NCBI GenBank assembly: GCA_037481815.1
Contig: JBBFKX010000003.1
Location: 1 to 64,000, forward strand
Direction: 5' to 3'
Origin: a candidate division WOR-3 bacterium
GTDB taxonomy: Bacteria; Hydrothermota; 32-111
DNA length: 64,000 bases
In this document: positions 29,715-40,534 of the stretch, one piece after another
Layout: every line of letters starts with the position of its first letter
How positions within the stretch are numbered: the stretch's first letter is position 1
Notes under the pieces: model-generated
Told to the model about the DNA's origin: nothing
The model's input: only the letters and a program-made list of their open reading frames with translations
The model's database searches: none
Program-made: the position numbers and the translations under genes

Positions 29715-30890
29715 ATGGAGATAAGAAAAGAATCTATCTGTGGTTCTGAAAATCCCAATGATGTTCTTGTAAAAATTGAACCAGCTGAAAATGGTATCGA
29801 CATTGAAGTTTCTTCTAATGCCGGAGATGAACAATTCACAAAAATAAAAAATCTTGTTGATCAGATTCTCAATTTTTATGGAATAGTTAACGCAAAGATC
29901 ACTATAAATGATTTTGGTGCCCCAGATTTTATAATCAAAGCAAGAATGGAAACTGTCATAAAAAGAGCTTCCCAGGAAATTGAAAAAAAGATTTATGTGG
30001 AAAAAATGGATTTGAGATATCAGCCGATAAGAACAATTTTCAAAATAAATGTCAACAATCCAAAATATCTGAACGACTCTTTTAAATTGAAACCTGATGC
30101 ATATCTTTTAGATCTTTACAAAGGGATTCCTTTAAATGAAAAAGATAGTTCAAGAATCCTCGTTGGAAATTTTTTAAATGAAAAATTGAATGAAACAATA
30201 TTTCGAATGGTAAAAATAAATCCCCTTGATCTTGGTGGTAATGACGATATTGATTATCTCACACAGTTCTCTCCAGATTTTTTTGTGTTGACGAAATGTG
30301 AAACAGAGTTTGATGTGAAAAAAACATTGGAGTTGGTCGAGAAAGCAGAAAAAAAATATAAGATTTTTAACAGGATAATGCTTATTCCTTCCATCGAATC
30401 AGTCAAAGGATTGATAAACCTGTATGAGATCTCTTCTGTTTCAGATAGAGTTTTTGGAGCGATCTTAAACATAAAAGATTATTTAACATCCTTGGCACTT
30501 CCTTCAGACAACATTACAGATCACATCTATTTTGCTAAACTTGAATTCATAACAAAGGTAAAAGCGGCAAACATTATGGCTTTTGACACAATAACTTCCA
30601 AAATAGATAACAACGATGAGATAAAAGAGGAGTTAAAAATCTCCTGGGATATGGGGTTTGATGGAAAAGTTGTGACACATCCCAAAATCATAGAACTTGT
30701 AAACTCAATTTTTAAAACTGATGGAAATATGGAAAAGTTTGAAAACATCTATTCTCTGTATACAAAAGCAAACGATATGGGTTCAGGGCTCGTGGTGAAC
30801 AACTCTTTTCTGGTTGACAAATATGAGATCATAAAAGCGATAAAATTTGTCCAACTCTCTAAAACAAACAAAGAGGAGACAAAGGAGTAA
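29715..30890 (+). CDS. CitD (citrate lyase ACP)-CitE (HpcH/HpaI aldolase) fusion with degenerate motifs
   Basis: N-terminal about 85 aa CitD-like (DFGAPDFIIKARMET..KRA); C-terminal CitE-like (IES..G, GFDGK...HP). Confidence 0.75.
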   Translation: MEIRKESICGSENPNDVLVKIEPAENGIDIEVSSNAGDEQFTKIKNLVDQILNFYGIVNAKITINDFGAPDFIIKARMETVIKRASQEIEKKIYVEKMDLRYQPIRTIFKINVNNPKYLNDSFKLKPDAYLLDLYKGIPLNEKDSSRILVGNFLNEKLNETIFRMVKINPLDLGGNDDIDYLTQFSPDFFVLTKCETEFDVKKTLELVEKAEKKYKIFNRIMLIPSIESVKGLINLYEISSVSDRVFGAILNIKDYLTSLALPSDNITDHIYFAKLEFITKVKAANIMAFDTITSKIDNNDEIKEELKISWDMGFDGKVVTHPKIIELVNSIFKTDGNMEKFENIYSLYTKANDMGSGLVVNNSFLVDKYEIIKAIKFVQLSKTNKEETKE

Positions 30891-30892
30891 AA

Positions 30893-31957
30893 ATGTTCAA
30901 AATACTTGCAATAAATCCCGGAGCAACTTCAACAAAGATAGGTTACTATGAAGATGAAAAAGAAATCTTTACTGAATCACTGAGGCACCATAACGAGAAC
31001 ATTCAGAAGTTTAAAAGGACAATCGATCAACTCGATATGAGAGTTCAGGTTGTAAGGGAGTTTTTAAAACAGAAAAATATCAAGATTGAAGAGATCGATG
31101 TTTTCGTTGCAAGAGGAGGGCCATTCAAACCGTTGAAATCAGGAACCTATTCTATAAACAAAAAAATGATCGAAGATGTCTTATCAGGGAATGTGCTTGC
31201 AGATCATGTATCAAATCTTGCATGTCTTATAGCAGAAAAACTTGCGGTTAATGAAAAACAGAAAAAATTCATAGTTGACCCAGTTTCCGTCGATGAATTC
31301 GATGATATCGCAAGGATTTCGGGACTTGAAGGTATTGAAAGAAAATCTCTTTCTCATGCTTTGAATATGAAAATGATAGCGAAAAGATGGGCAAAGGAGA
31401 ACCAAAAAGATTATTTCAAATCATCGCTTATCGTTGTTCATCTTGGAACCGGAATATCTGTCTCCGCTCATAAAAATGGAAGAATGATAGATGTAAACAA
31501 CGCTAACGATGAAGGGCCTTTCTCACCACAAAGAACCGGGACATTGCCGGTTACACAACTTGCAAAATATATCATATCAAAAAAAATGGAATATGAAGAT
31601 GTAAAAAAAATGTTAACGATGCAGGGTGGAGTTTATTCATATTTCAAGAACGATAATATTACCGAACTTGTTAAACTTATGAATGAAGGTGACAAAAAAG
31701 TGGAACTTATACTTTCAGCCATGATGTATCAGGTTTCGAAAGAGATCGGTGCGATGGCCACAGTACTTTATGGAAAAGTCGATGCGATACTTGTAACTGG
31801 TGGCATCGCTTACAATAAATGTTTAACAGATATAATTGTTGAAAGAACAAAATTTATTGCACCTGTTGTTATTTATCCTGGAGAGGATGAGATACTCGCT
31901 CTTGTTATGGGTGCTTTAAGAGTTTTAAAAGGTGAAGAAAAGGAGATGGAATATTAA
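30893..31957 (+). CDS. buk: Butyrate kinase
   Basis: INPGATSTK, RGG, H.SNL, HALN, HLG.GIS, GPFSP.R.G, TGGIAY, YPGEDE. Confidence 0.95.
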   Translation: MFKILAINPGATSTKIGYYEDEKEIFTESLRHHNENIQKFKRTIDQLDMRVQVVREFLKQKNIKIEEIDVFVARGGPFKPLKSGTYSINKKMIEDVLSGNVLADHVSNLACLIAEKLAVNEKQKKFIVDPVSVDEFDDIARISGLEGIERKSLSHALNMKMIAKRWAKENQKDYFKSSLIVVHLGTGISVSAHKNGRMIDVNNANDEGPFSPQRTGTLPVTQLAKYIISKKMEYEDVKKMLTMQGGVYSYFKNDNITELVKLMNEGDKKVELILSAMMYQVSKEIGAMATVLYGKVDAILVTGGIAYNKCLTDIIVERTKFIAPVVIYPGEDEILALVMGALRVLKGEEKEMEY

Positions 31958-31960
31958 AAA

Positions 31961-33025
31961 ATGTATAAAAAACTATTCTATTTGATACTTTTGTCTTTAA
32001 CATTCTTTTTCATTTTTCCAGAAAAAGTCCCAATTCCAACAGATTATCCAACGATTTTCCCATCAGCAAGGATCAGAGGTCTGGGTGGTAATGGAACATC
32101 GATCATGGGTGATATCAGTTCAACATTTTATAATCCAGCAACACTTTCCGGTTTAAATTCCGGAGGAATATCTTTATCCTTTGAAACCGATCATTTCTCT
32201 TCCTATGCTGAATTCATTCAAAAAGAACAATCAGTTTATGGGAAGAATATATCCTTTTTTACAATTTCAACCTATCAGGGCGGCCTCAGTTATATGCCGC
32301 TTTTTAAAATCTCTTACAGGGACTCATTCTTTGATTCTTTGAACATCGAAAGAGATTTTGAAATGAAACTTGACCAGTACTGGTTGTCTTTAACAAGTTT
32401 CACAGGTTTTAATGAAAAATTTTCATCTCCAATTTACTTTGGTATAAATTTAAAATATTTAAATGGAAAAATAGCAGAAGCAAAACTATTTTATGATTCC
32501 TTAGATAATATCATCGATGGTTTTGCTGACATATCGTACGGGAATGGATACGGTCTCGATGGTGGACTTGTACTATCCCTTTCGAATCTTTTCGTATCAC
32601 TTGTTTTCAGAGATATTTTTACTCATATCTATTGGGATATATATGATAAACAGATAATTCCCATGAATGGTAATCTCGGGATATCGTTTGTTCCTATTCC
32701 AAATCTTTTGTTCAATTTTAATGTTTCCAAATTTTTAAGAAACGAAACACCTTTTGTTTACAATATAGGTGGTGAGTATACATTTTTTGAACTCACAGAA
32801 AAAACAAACTCTTTCTGGGATGATTTAAAAAAAGGATCCCCGAGTATAAGGATTGGAACATCGTTCAAAAAGATTCCAACGCTCAGCACGGCAATCATAG
32901 ATTTTGGTTTAGGTTATAACTCTAACTCTGTTAGAGTTGATCTGTGTTTTGAATCAACACTTGAAAGGTATTATATAGGAAAATTTGACTACTATTTAAC
33001 TTTAACGATTCCAATAACAATTTAG
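31961..33025 (+). CDS. Outer-membrane beta-barrel of the PorV/UPF0164/FadL-like family
   Basis: Signal peptide; SAR..GLGG....D....FYNPA.L motif; G.N.KY, DGG, amphipathic strands. Confidence 0.65.
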   Translation: MYKKLFYLILLSLTFFFIFPEKVPIPTDYPTIFPSARIRGLGGNGTSIMGDISSTFYNPATLSGLNSGGISLSFETDHFSSYAEFIQKEQSVYGKNISFFTISTYQGGLSYMPLFKISYRDSFFDSLNIERDFEMKLDQYWLSLTSFTGFNEKFSSPIYFGINLKYLNGKIAEAKLFYDSLDNIIDGFADISYGNGYGLDGGLVLSLSNLFVSLVFRDIFTHIYWDIYDKQIIPMNGNLGISFVPIPNLLFNFNVSKFLRNETPFVYNIGGEYTFFELTEKTNSFWDDLKKGSPSIRIGTSFKKIPTLSTAIIDFGLGYNSNSVRVDLCFESTLERYYIGKFDYYLTLTIPITI

Positions 33026-33033
33026 GAGGAAAA

Positions 33034-33504
33034 ATGTTGATTTCACAGTTTTTAAAAAAGGATAATGTGATTTTTGATCTCAAAAGCAAAACAAAAGATA
33101 AAGCACTTGAAGAAATGGTTGACAGAATGAAACTCTCAAAAGAAAAGAAGGATCTGATACTTCTTTCTTTAAAACAGAGGGAGATTCTTGGAACTACAGG
33201 AATAGGAAACGGAATCGCAATACCGCATGCAAGATCGGTAGTTTTGGATAAGCTCTGTCTTTATGTTGGTATCTCCCAAAAAGGAATCGAGTATGAATCA
33301 CTTGATGGAAAAAATGTAAACATTATATTTTTGATCATAGCTCCTCCACTCGATTCTTCGAATCAGTATCTCATCCTTCTTGGAAAAATAGCCGCACTTT
33401 CAAAAAAACTGATAAAGAAAAAAGATTATCTTAAAATAGATAATTATGAGGATTTCATCGAACTGATAAAAAAGATGGAAGAAAGTATGGAGGATGAAAT
33501 ATGA
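33034..33504 (+). CDS. PTS EIIA (Ntr/fructose-type) protein
   Basis: RE..GTTGIGNGIAIPHAR with phospho-His. Confidence 0.92.
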   Translation: MLISQFLKKDNVIFDLKSKTKDKALEEMVDRMKLSKEKKDLILLSLKQREILGTTGIGNGIAIPHARSVVLDKLCLYVGISQKGIEYESLDGKNVNIIFLIIAPPLDSSNQYLILLGKIAALSKKLIKKKDYLKIDNYEDFIELIKKMEESMEDEI

Positions 33505-33857
33505 ATATACAGTTACAATATCTTATCCAGTTGAGTGATCTTGATACACAACTTGAGGAATTAAAAAATGACAGAATAAGAACAAAAGAAGAATCTTTAG
33601 GATTTAGAGTTCAGGCAAAAGAGAACGAGATAAACAAATTAAGAGAAAGTATCAGAAAAAAAATTGAACCCAATCTTTTGAACAAATATGACAAGATACA
33701 GAAAAGGTATAAGATGAGGGCAGTTGCACAGGTCAACGATGGAGTTTGTTACGGATGTTTCACTGCTCTTCCTACAAGTTATGTTGCCGAAGGGGATAAG
33801 AACAATAAAATTATAACATGTCCAAATTGCGGGAGGATTCTATTTTGGATAGAATAG
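33501..33857 (+). CDS. Short C4 zinc-ribbon protein (CT398/DUF164-like)
   Basis: LIQLSDLD helix; CYGC...CPNCGRIL. Confidence 0.82.
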   Translation: MNIQLQYLIQLSDLDTQLEELKNDRIRTKEESLGFRVQAKENEINKLRESIRKKIEPNLLNKYDKIQKRYKMRAVAQVNDGVCYGCFTALPTSYVAEGDKNNKIITCPNCGRILFWIE

Positions 33858-34459
33858 TTGAAAAAACGATCAAAAATTTAGAAAAACATCATTTTGAAGT
33901 TTTTTACTATCAGGATTTTGAAAAATTGAAAGAAAAAGTTAAAGAATATTTGAACTTTTATGAAAGTTTTTCTCTGGGGGGTTCTACGACTCTCGTTCAG
34001 ACAGGATTAAAAGATTTTATAATCAAAAATGGTAAAAGATATATTGAAAGAATAAGTGGTGATGATGAAGAAAAAAAACTTGAATCTGAAAGAGCAGCAT
34101 TACTTTCGGACATATATTTTATGTCCACAAATGCGATTTCTTCAACAGGAGCATTGATAAATATAGACAAAAGGGGAAACAGAGTTGGTGCACTTTTATT
34201 TGGTCCAAAAAAGCTTGTTGTGATAGCATCAACAAACAAGATTACAAAAGATATAGATTCTGCAATCGAGAGAGCAAAGAATGTTGCCGCTGTTTTGAAT
34301 TGCAAAAGGTTCAATTTAACAACTCCATGTGTAAAACTTCAAAGATGTATAGATTGTGAGGATGAAAATACAATCTGTTATTCAACGGTGATAACAAAAA
34401 GATCTTTTCCTCATAAAAGGATTTCGGTTCTACTCTTTGAAGGAAACTATGGATTCTAA
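33818..34459 (+). CDS. LUD domain (lactate utilization, YkgG-like) protein
   Basis: GGS.T, STNAI, NID..GNRV, FGP, NKI, C-terminal Cys cluster. Confidence 0.85.
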   Translation: MSKLREDSILDRIVEKTIKNLEKHHFEVFYYQDFEKLKEKVKEYLNFYESFSLGGSTTLVQTGLKDFIIKNGKRYIERISGDDEEKKLESERAALLSDIYFMSTNAISSTGALINIDKRGNRVGALLFGPKKLVVIASTNKITKDIDSAIERAKNVAAVLNCKRFNLTTPCVKLQRCIDCEDENTICYSTVITKRSFPHKRISVLLFEGNYGF

Positions 34460-35711
34460 ATATATTCCATTTGCACAAAAATTCAGACCCGAAACACTCG
34501 ATCAGTTTGTTGGACAGGAACATCTTGTTGGAGAAAATGGTGTTATAAGAAAATTTATCGAAGATAAAATATTGATTTCCATGATCTTTGTTGGACCACC
34601 AGGTTCAGGGAAAACGACTCTTGCAAATATTCTGGTAAAAAATTATTCACTGCCAAAACTCTATATCAACGGAATCAATTTTTCGACTACAAACTTAAAA
34701 AAAATGATTGAAGAATCGAAATCTTCAACTCTTATCATCATCATCGATGAAATACACCGTATGAACAGAATACAACAGGATGCTCTTTTACCATATATTG
34801 AGGATGGGAATGTAATAATTATCGGAACAACAACAGAGAATCCCTCTTATGAATTGACCCCGGCTTTACTTTCAAGGGTTACTGTTTTTAAATTCAACAG
34901 ATTGGAAGAAGTTCATTTAAAAAAGATTGCAAAAAATATTTTTAAAAATCTCAGAATGGAAATCAAGGATGAAAAGATTTATGAGGTTTTAATATCTTTT
35001 TCTAACAACGATGCAAGGCAACTAATAAACATTATTCAAAACTTTTATCAGGATCTAAATAGAATAAAGGATCCAGAAGAATTAAAAAAAATGATAGTTT
35101 CAAGGAAATTGATCCAGTATGATAAAAAAGGAGATTATCATTATAACCTGATTTCTGCTTTTCATAAATCAATAAGGGGCAGTGATGTTAACGCCTCTAT
35201 TTACTATTTTGCAAGGATGATAACCGGAGGAGAAGATCCTTTATATATTGCAAGAAGAATGATCAGGATCGCATCAGAGGACATTGGAAACGCTGATCCA
35301 AACGCTTTGATTTTGGCTAATAACGCTTATGAAGCTTTTGAAAAATTAGGTTCACCCGAAGGTGAACTCGCTTTATTACAATGTGCGATATACCTTGCTC
35401 TGTCCCCAAAATCTGTAGCAGTTTACAAAGCATATTCAAATTCAACAGAGTATGCGCAAAAAACATCTCACCAAGATGTTCCATACAGATTCAGAAATCC
35501 TGTTACAGAATACGATAGAAATGAAGGGATAGGAAAAGATTATAAATACCCACCAGATTATGAAAACAGTTTTGTTTTAGAAAATTATTTTCCAGATGGT
35601 GTTGAAGAAAAAGTTTTTTACTTTCCTGTTGAACGAGGTTTTGAAAGAGAAATGATAAAAAGGATAGATTACTACAAAAAATTAAAAGACAGGTTGAAAA
35701 ATGAAAAATAA
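34437..35711 (+). CDS. rarA: Replication-associated recombination protein A (MgsA)
   Basis: RP..L..FVGQ.H, GPPGSGKTT, DEIHR, TTENP, SAFHKS.RGSD, SEDIG.ADP. Likely start is the ATG at 34449. Confidence 0.94.
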   Translation: MKETMDSKYIPFAQKFRPETLDQFVGQEHLVGENGVIRKFIEDKILISMIFVGPPGSGKTTLANILVKNYSLPKLYINGINFSTTNLKKMIEESKSSTLIIIIDEIHRMNRIQQDALLPYIEDGNVIIIGTTTENPSYELTPALLSRVTVFKFNRLEEVHLKKIAKNIFKNLRMEIKDEKIYEVLISFSNNDARQLINIIQNFYQDLNRIKDPEELKKMIVSRKLIQYDKKGDYHYNLISAFHKSIRGSDVNASIYYFARMITGGEDPLYIARRMIRIASEDIGNADPNALILANNAYEAFEKLGSPEGELALLQCAIYLALSPKSVAVYKAYSNSTEYAQKTSHQDVPYRFRNPVTEYDRNEGIGKDYKYPPDYENSFVLENYFPDGVEEKVFYFPVERGFEREMIKRIDYYKKLKDRLKNEK

Positions 35712-36522
35712 AAAAATCTTTTTCATCTTACTTTTTACACTTATCAACCTTTTTTCGTGTAATGATGTGAAAAGCAAAAATACAATTATCGTTTCAACTC
35801 TGTTTCCGATCAGTTCATTTTTTCAATCTCTTCTCGATTCTACGATCGTTAGTGTAAGCGTTTTAGAAAGGAATATGGATCCACATATTTCAGATATTTC
35901 CCCTTCAAACTTAAAAAGAATTTCTGAGTCGAAGATTTTTGTTTTACTTGGTTCCAAAATCGAGTTTGAAGAAAAAAATAAAAATCAGTTTTTGATTGAG
36001 GCAAAAAATTCCATAGCGATAAACTTATCAAAATCACTGTCAAAAGTTAACGACCCACACATCTGGATTTCTCTTGATAATCTAAAAATCTTTGCAAAAG
36101 TTCTTTATGATACACTTTCCTTTTACAATATTGTCGAAAAAGAGAATCTGAATAAAAAGTTTTATATTTTAAACAATAAAATTGATTCTTTGAAAGAATC
36201 TCTTGAAAAAATAATAAAGGAAAAACAAATAAAAATTATTTTTACAGATCATAATGCTTTTTACTACTTTGGACGGGAGTTTAATATAGAAATAAAAACT
36301 ATCTCAGATAATGAAGATGAAGTGTCTGTAAAAGATCTGAAAGATATTTATGAAAAAATGTCAAAAGAAAAATTAAAGATTTTTTTCTACACAAACAAAT
36401 CTTCAGAAAATTATGCTAAAAATTTTGAAAAAGAACTCAACGCAAAAAGTTTATACATATTTCCTCTTGAAAATCCTTTAACTAATTTTGAAAACATTTT
36501 AACATTTTTAAAATCTTTATGA
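35701..36522 (+). CDS. znuA: Zn/Mn ABC transporter substrate-binding lipoprotein
   Basis: Lipobox LFSC; DPH, DPHIW, H.AF.YF. Confidence 0.85.
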   Translation: MKNKKIFFILLFTLINLFSCNDVKSKNTIIVSTLFPISSFFQSLLDSTIVSVSVLERNMDPHISDISPSNLKRISESKIFVLLGSKIEFEEKNKNQFLIEAKNSIAINLSKSLSKVNDPHIWISLDNLKIFAKVLYDTLSFYNIVEKENLNKKFYILNNKIDSLKESLEKIIKEKQIKIIFTDHNAFYYFGREFNIEIKTISDNEDEVSVKDLKDIYEKMSKEKLKIFFYTNKSSENYAKNFEKELNAKSLYIFPLENPLTNFENILTFLKSL

Positions 36523-37244
36523 GTTTTAATTACATTTTGAAAATAAAAAATTTAGGATACATTTTAAACGGAATAGTTATTCTCGAAAATATTAATTTCA
36601 CGATAGAAGAAAATGAACTCGTATCGATAATAGGTCCAAATGGTGGGGGTAAAACAACGCTTTTGAAACTTATACTTGGAATAAATAAACCAACAACTGG
36701 AACAATTGAATTTTATGACAAAAATATTTCTATAGGTTATCTCCCTCAAAGGAAAACGGATGCTTTTGATTTTCCAATCTCTGTTTATGATTTTATACTT
36801 CTTGCAAGATACAGGGGAATTTTTAAAAACTTTACAAATGATGATCTCAGAAAAACCGGAGAGACGATAATAAAATTAGGCATAGAAAAACTTTTAAAGA
36901 AAAGATTGTCAAACCTTTCCGGGGGAGAGTTACAAAAAGTTCTTCTGGCACGGGCTATCGTAAACGATCCAAAACTGCTTATACTCGACGAGCCAACCTC
37001 TTTTATTGACATAAAATCACAGAATGAATTTTATAACCTTTTATTCGAATTGAAGGAGAAAATGTCAATAATACTTGTAACACATGATCTTGGTGCAATT
37101 TCAACTAAAATAAAGAGAATAATATGTCTAAATAAAAATATAAACTTTGATGGTGATATTAACAAAAATAGAGATTTAGTAATGAACAACCTTTACGGAT
37201 ACGATGTAAATATAATAGATCATACTGATCACAAAAAATTATGA
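36519..37244 (+). CDS. znuC: Zn/Mn ABC transporter ATPase
   Basis: GPNGGGKTT, LSGGE, LDEPT. Confidence 0.88.
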   Translation: MSFNYILKIKNLGYILNGIVILENINFTIEENELVSIIGPNGGGKTTLLKLILGINKPTTGTIEFYDKNISIGYLPQRKTDAFDFPISVYDFILLARYRGIFKNFTNDDLRKTGETIIKLGIEKLLKKRLSNLSGGELQKVLLARAIVNDPKLLILDEPTSFIDIKSQNEFYNLLFELKEKMSIILVTHDLGAISTKIKRIICLNKNINFDGDINKNRDLVMNNLYGYDVNIIDHTDHKKL

Positions 37245-38032
37245 TTTTTGAATACAAATTTGTTCAATTAAGTTTATTATCCCTTATTCTTTACTCTCTT
37301 CTTGCCGCAATCATTGGAACTTTTGTTGTTTTAAGAAAAACAACATACATTTCAGGTGGGATCTCACATGCTGCCTTTGGTGGTCTTGGACTTGGAGTTT
37401 TTCTCTCCTTGAACCCAATTCTTGTTGCTATACCTTTCACTCTCATCTTTACATCCATGATGTTTTATCTCGGGAAAAAGTTTAAAATTGAAAATGACTC
37501 AACTGTTTCTATCATATGGAGTTTGGGAATGTCTTTAGGGATAATACTTTTAAATTTTAAAAAGGGATACACAGGTTATATGCTTGGCTATCTTTTTGGA
37601 AACGTTCTATCAATAAACACATTCGATATTCTATTACTTTCTGTTGTTCTTGTTTTTACAGTTATAATTTTTTTCCTTTTTATAAAGGAATTTATTTTCA
37701 TTTCGCTTGACCCTGAGTATGCAAAAATTGTCGGTATCAATTATAACATTTTTGATACCGTTTTTTATCTTTTTGTAACCTTAGGAACAGTTGTTATGAT
37801 AAAAATTTCAGGGGTTATAGTCAACATAATCTTTTTGACTATAGCCCCTTTGATCACCAAAAACCTTTTTACAAAAATTTACAAAATAATCTTTTTCAAC
37901 TTTCTTTTGAATGTATTTTTTTCACTCACAGGATTGTTCATTTCATACAAACTCGATTTTCCGTCTGGTCCTTCAATCGTTCTTGTTTCTATAGCCACTT
38001 TCATAATTTTTAAAATTTTTAAAAATTTATGA
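37241..38032 (+). CDS. znuB: Zn/Mn ABC transporter permease
   Basis: ISHAAFGG, YLFG, D.EYA...G, PSGP.I. Confidence 0.88.
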   Translation: MIFEYKFVQLSLLSLILYSLLAAIIGTFVVLRKTTYISGGISHAAFGGLGLGVFLSLNPILVAIPFTLIFTSMMFYLGKKFKIENDSTVSIIWSLGMSLGIILLNFKKGYTGYMLGYLFGNVLSINTFDILLLSVVLVFTVIIFFLFIKEFIFISLDPEYAKIVGINYNIFDTVFYLFVTLGTVVMIKISGVIVNIIFLTIAPLITKNLFTKIYKIIFFNFLLNVFFSLTGLFISYKLDFPSGPSIVLVSIATFIIFKIFKNL

Positions 38033-39271
38033 TAGTTTGTGAACTATCAATCCACTTCTGAGTTTTGGTTCAAACCATGTAGACTTAGGGGGCATCACAT
38101 TTCCAGAATCAGCAACTGTCATCAACTGTTCCATGCTTGTTGGATAAAGAGCAAAAGCAACTTCATACTCTTTTGAATCGACCAACTTTTGAAGTTCATC
38201 TATACCTCTGATCCCGCCTACAAAGTTTATCCTTTTATCCGTTCTTGGTTCTTTTATACCAAGAAGTGGATTTAAAACATTATCCTGTAAAATTGAAACA
38301 TCCAGAGATTTTATCGGATCAGTTCTAGATATTATATCCTCTTTTGCCTCAAGTTTATACCATTTTTTATCAATATACATGCTGAAAGTATGGACCTTTT
38401 CAGGTTTTTGAGATCTTTTCAATTCAACAATATTGAACTTTTTTTTCAACTGTTCGAAAAACTTTTCTTTTGTAAGGCCGTTTAAATCTTTTACCACCCT
38501 GTTGTAATCCATTATTTTCAACTGATCATCAGGATAAATTACTGAAAGAAAAAAATTGAATTCTTCTTTCCCGGTATACTTTTTGAAATTTTCTCTCCTC
38601 TTTTTTGCAACCCTTACTGCTGCAGCAGATCTATGATGTCCATCCGCAACATACAGGTTTTCTATATTGGCAAAAAGTTTCACCAATTTTTCAATTATCT
38701 TATTATCCTTAACAACAAAAAGTATATGTTGTACATTCAACTCATCCCTGAAATCGTACTCAGGTTCATTCTTTTCTATAAAATTGTTAACTATATCATC
38801 TATTTCTTTTTCTTTTCGATAGGTAAGAAAAACCGGGCCGGTGTTTGCATCTATGATATCCACATGCATAGCTCTTTCGATCTCTTTATCCTCTCTTGTA
38901 TGCTCGTGTTTTTTTATCACATCCGATATATAATCATCCACAGATGTACAGGCAACGATTCCTGTTTGTTCATGTTTTCCCATTATCTGTTTATAGATGT
39001 AAAGGTAATCATTTTTATCCTGAAACAAAACTTTATCCTTTAAAAACTTTTCAAAATTTTCCTTTCCTTTTAAGAATATTCTTTCATCGTGAACATGCCA
39101 GTCATCAGGACATTCGATTTCAGATTTTTCGATCCTTAAAAAAGAATATTTTTTATCTTTAACATATTCCCTTGCTTCTTTAACAGAAACTACATCATAC
39201 GGCGGTGCCGCTACTTCAGCTACTTTTTCTTTAACAGGTCTTATACCTTTAAAAGGTTTTATCACTGCCAT
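38027..39271 (-). CDS. DUF1015 family protein
   Basis: PPYDV, KKHE.T, ADGHHR, MPPKSTWFEPKLRSGL. Confidence 0.92.
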   Translation of the reverse strand: MAVIKPFKGIRPVKEKVAEVAAPPYDVVSVKEAREYVKDKKYSFLRIEKSEIECPDDWHVHDERIFLKGKENFEKFLKDKVLFQDKNDYLYIYKQIMGKHEQTGIVACTSVDDYISDVIKKHEHTREDKEIERAMHVDIIDANTGPVFLTYRKEKEIDDIVNNFIEKNEPEYDFRDELNVQHILFVVKDNKIIEKLVKLFANIENLYVADGHHRSAAAVRVAKKRRENFKKYTGKEEFNFFLSVIYPDDQLKIMDYNRVVKDLNGLTKEKFFEQLKKKFNIVELKRSQKPEKVHTFSMYIDKKWYKLEAKEDIISRTDPIKSLDVSILQDNVLNPLLGIKEPRTDKRINFVGGIRGIDELQKLVDSKEYEVAFALYPTSMEQLMTVADSGNVMPPKSTWFEPKLRSGLIVHKLS

Positions 39272-39283
39272 ATATTTTCCTCC

Positions 39284-40534
39284 TTACCATGCAAAAAGTT
39301 TAAAATGTGAAGTGAACTCTTTCACTTCCTCTCTGATTCTGTTTATCTCTTCTTCGTTTTCTATATTCGTTAGAACTCTATCTATAAAGGATGCTATCTT
39401 TTTCATCTCGTCCTCTTTCATTCCTCTCGTTGTCATCGCAGGTGTCCCCACTCTTATTCCACTTGTAACAAAAGGCTTTTCAGGGTCGAATGGAATCGTG
39501 TTTTTATTCACTGTAATTCCTGCTTTGTCGAGAGCTTTTTCTGCAACCTTTCCTGTTAACTTTTTACTTCTCAAGTCGACAAGCATAAGATGTGTATCGG
39601 TTCCACCCGATACAAGTCTATAACCTTTCTCTTTTAAAGATTCTGCGAGTTGTTTTGCGTTTTTTAAAACCTGTTCCTGATACTTTACAAACGATGGTGA
39701 CAGAGCTTCTTTAAAAGCTACCGCTTTTGCAGCGATAACATGCATCAATGGTCCACCCTGTATACCAGGGAACAAAGTTTTATCTACCAAAGTTGCATGT
39801 TCCTCTTTACATAAAACCAAACCACCTCTTGGACCTCTTAAAGTTTTATGAGTTGTAGAGGTAACAATATCAGCATACGGTACAGGTGATGGATGGAGTC
39901 CTGCGGCAACAAGTCCAGCGATATGTGCTATATCAACAACCAGTTTTGCTCCAACTTCATCAGCTATCTCTCGAAATTTTGGAAAATCAAAAAATCTTGG
40001 ATATGCACTTGCTCCCGTTATTATCATCTTCGGTTTCACCTCTTTTGCAAGTTCTCTCAACTTCGCATAATCTATAACTTCTGTATCCTTTTCAACACCA
40101 TAGTGAACCGCGTTGTAAAGAATCCCTGAAAAACTTATTGGATGTCCATGTGTCAGGTGTCCACCATGTGAAAGGTCCAACCCCATAAAAGTATCATTCG
40201 GTTTTAAAAAGGCAAGATATGCAACCATATTCGCCTGTGAGCCACAGTGTGGCTGCACGTTTGCATGATCAGCTTTAAAGAGTTGTTTCGCTCTTTCTCT
40301 TGCCAAATTTTCTGCAACATCGACAAACTCACATCCGCCATAATATCTTTTACCTGGATACCCTTCGGCATACTTGTTTGTCATGACGCTTCCCAAAGCT
40401 TCAAGAACAGCATCTGAAACAAAATTTTCAGAGGCGATAAGTTCTATCTTTTCCGTCTGTCTTTTTTTCTCATTCTCTATTGCTTCGTAAATTTCGAGAT
40501 CGATCCTTTTTAAATTTTCTTTTTCCATAATCAC
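39284..40534 (-). CDS. glyA: Serine hydroxymethyltransferase
   Basis: [39 protein letters not shown]. Confidence 0.98.
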   Translation of the reverse strand: MIMEKENLKRIDLEIYEAIENEKKRQTEKIELIASENFVSDAVLEALGSVMTNKYAEGYPGKRYYGGCEFVDVAENLARERAKQLFKADHANVQPHCGSQANMVAYLAFLKPNDTFMGLDLSHGGHLTHGHPISFSGILYNAVHYGVEKDTEVIDYAKLRELAKEVKPKMIITGASAYPRFFDFPKFREIADEVGAKLVVDIAHIAGLVAAGLHPSPVPYADIVTSTTHKTLRGPRGGLVLCKEEHATLVDKTLFPGIQGGPLMHVIAAKAVAFKEALSPSFVKYQEQVLKNAKQLAESLKEKGYRLVSGGTDTHLMLVDLRSKKLTGKVAEKALDKAGITVNKNTIPFDPEKPFVTSGIRVGTPAMTTRGMKEDEMKKIASFIDRVLTNIENEEEINRIREEVKEFTSHFKLFAW

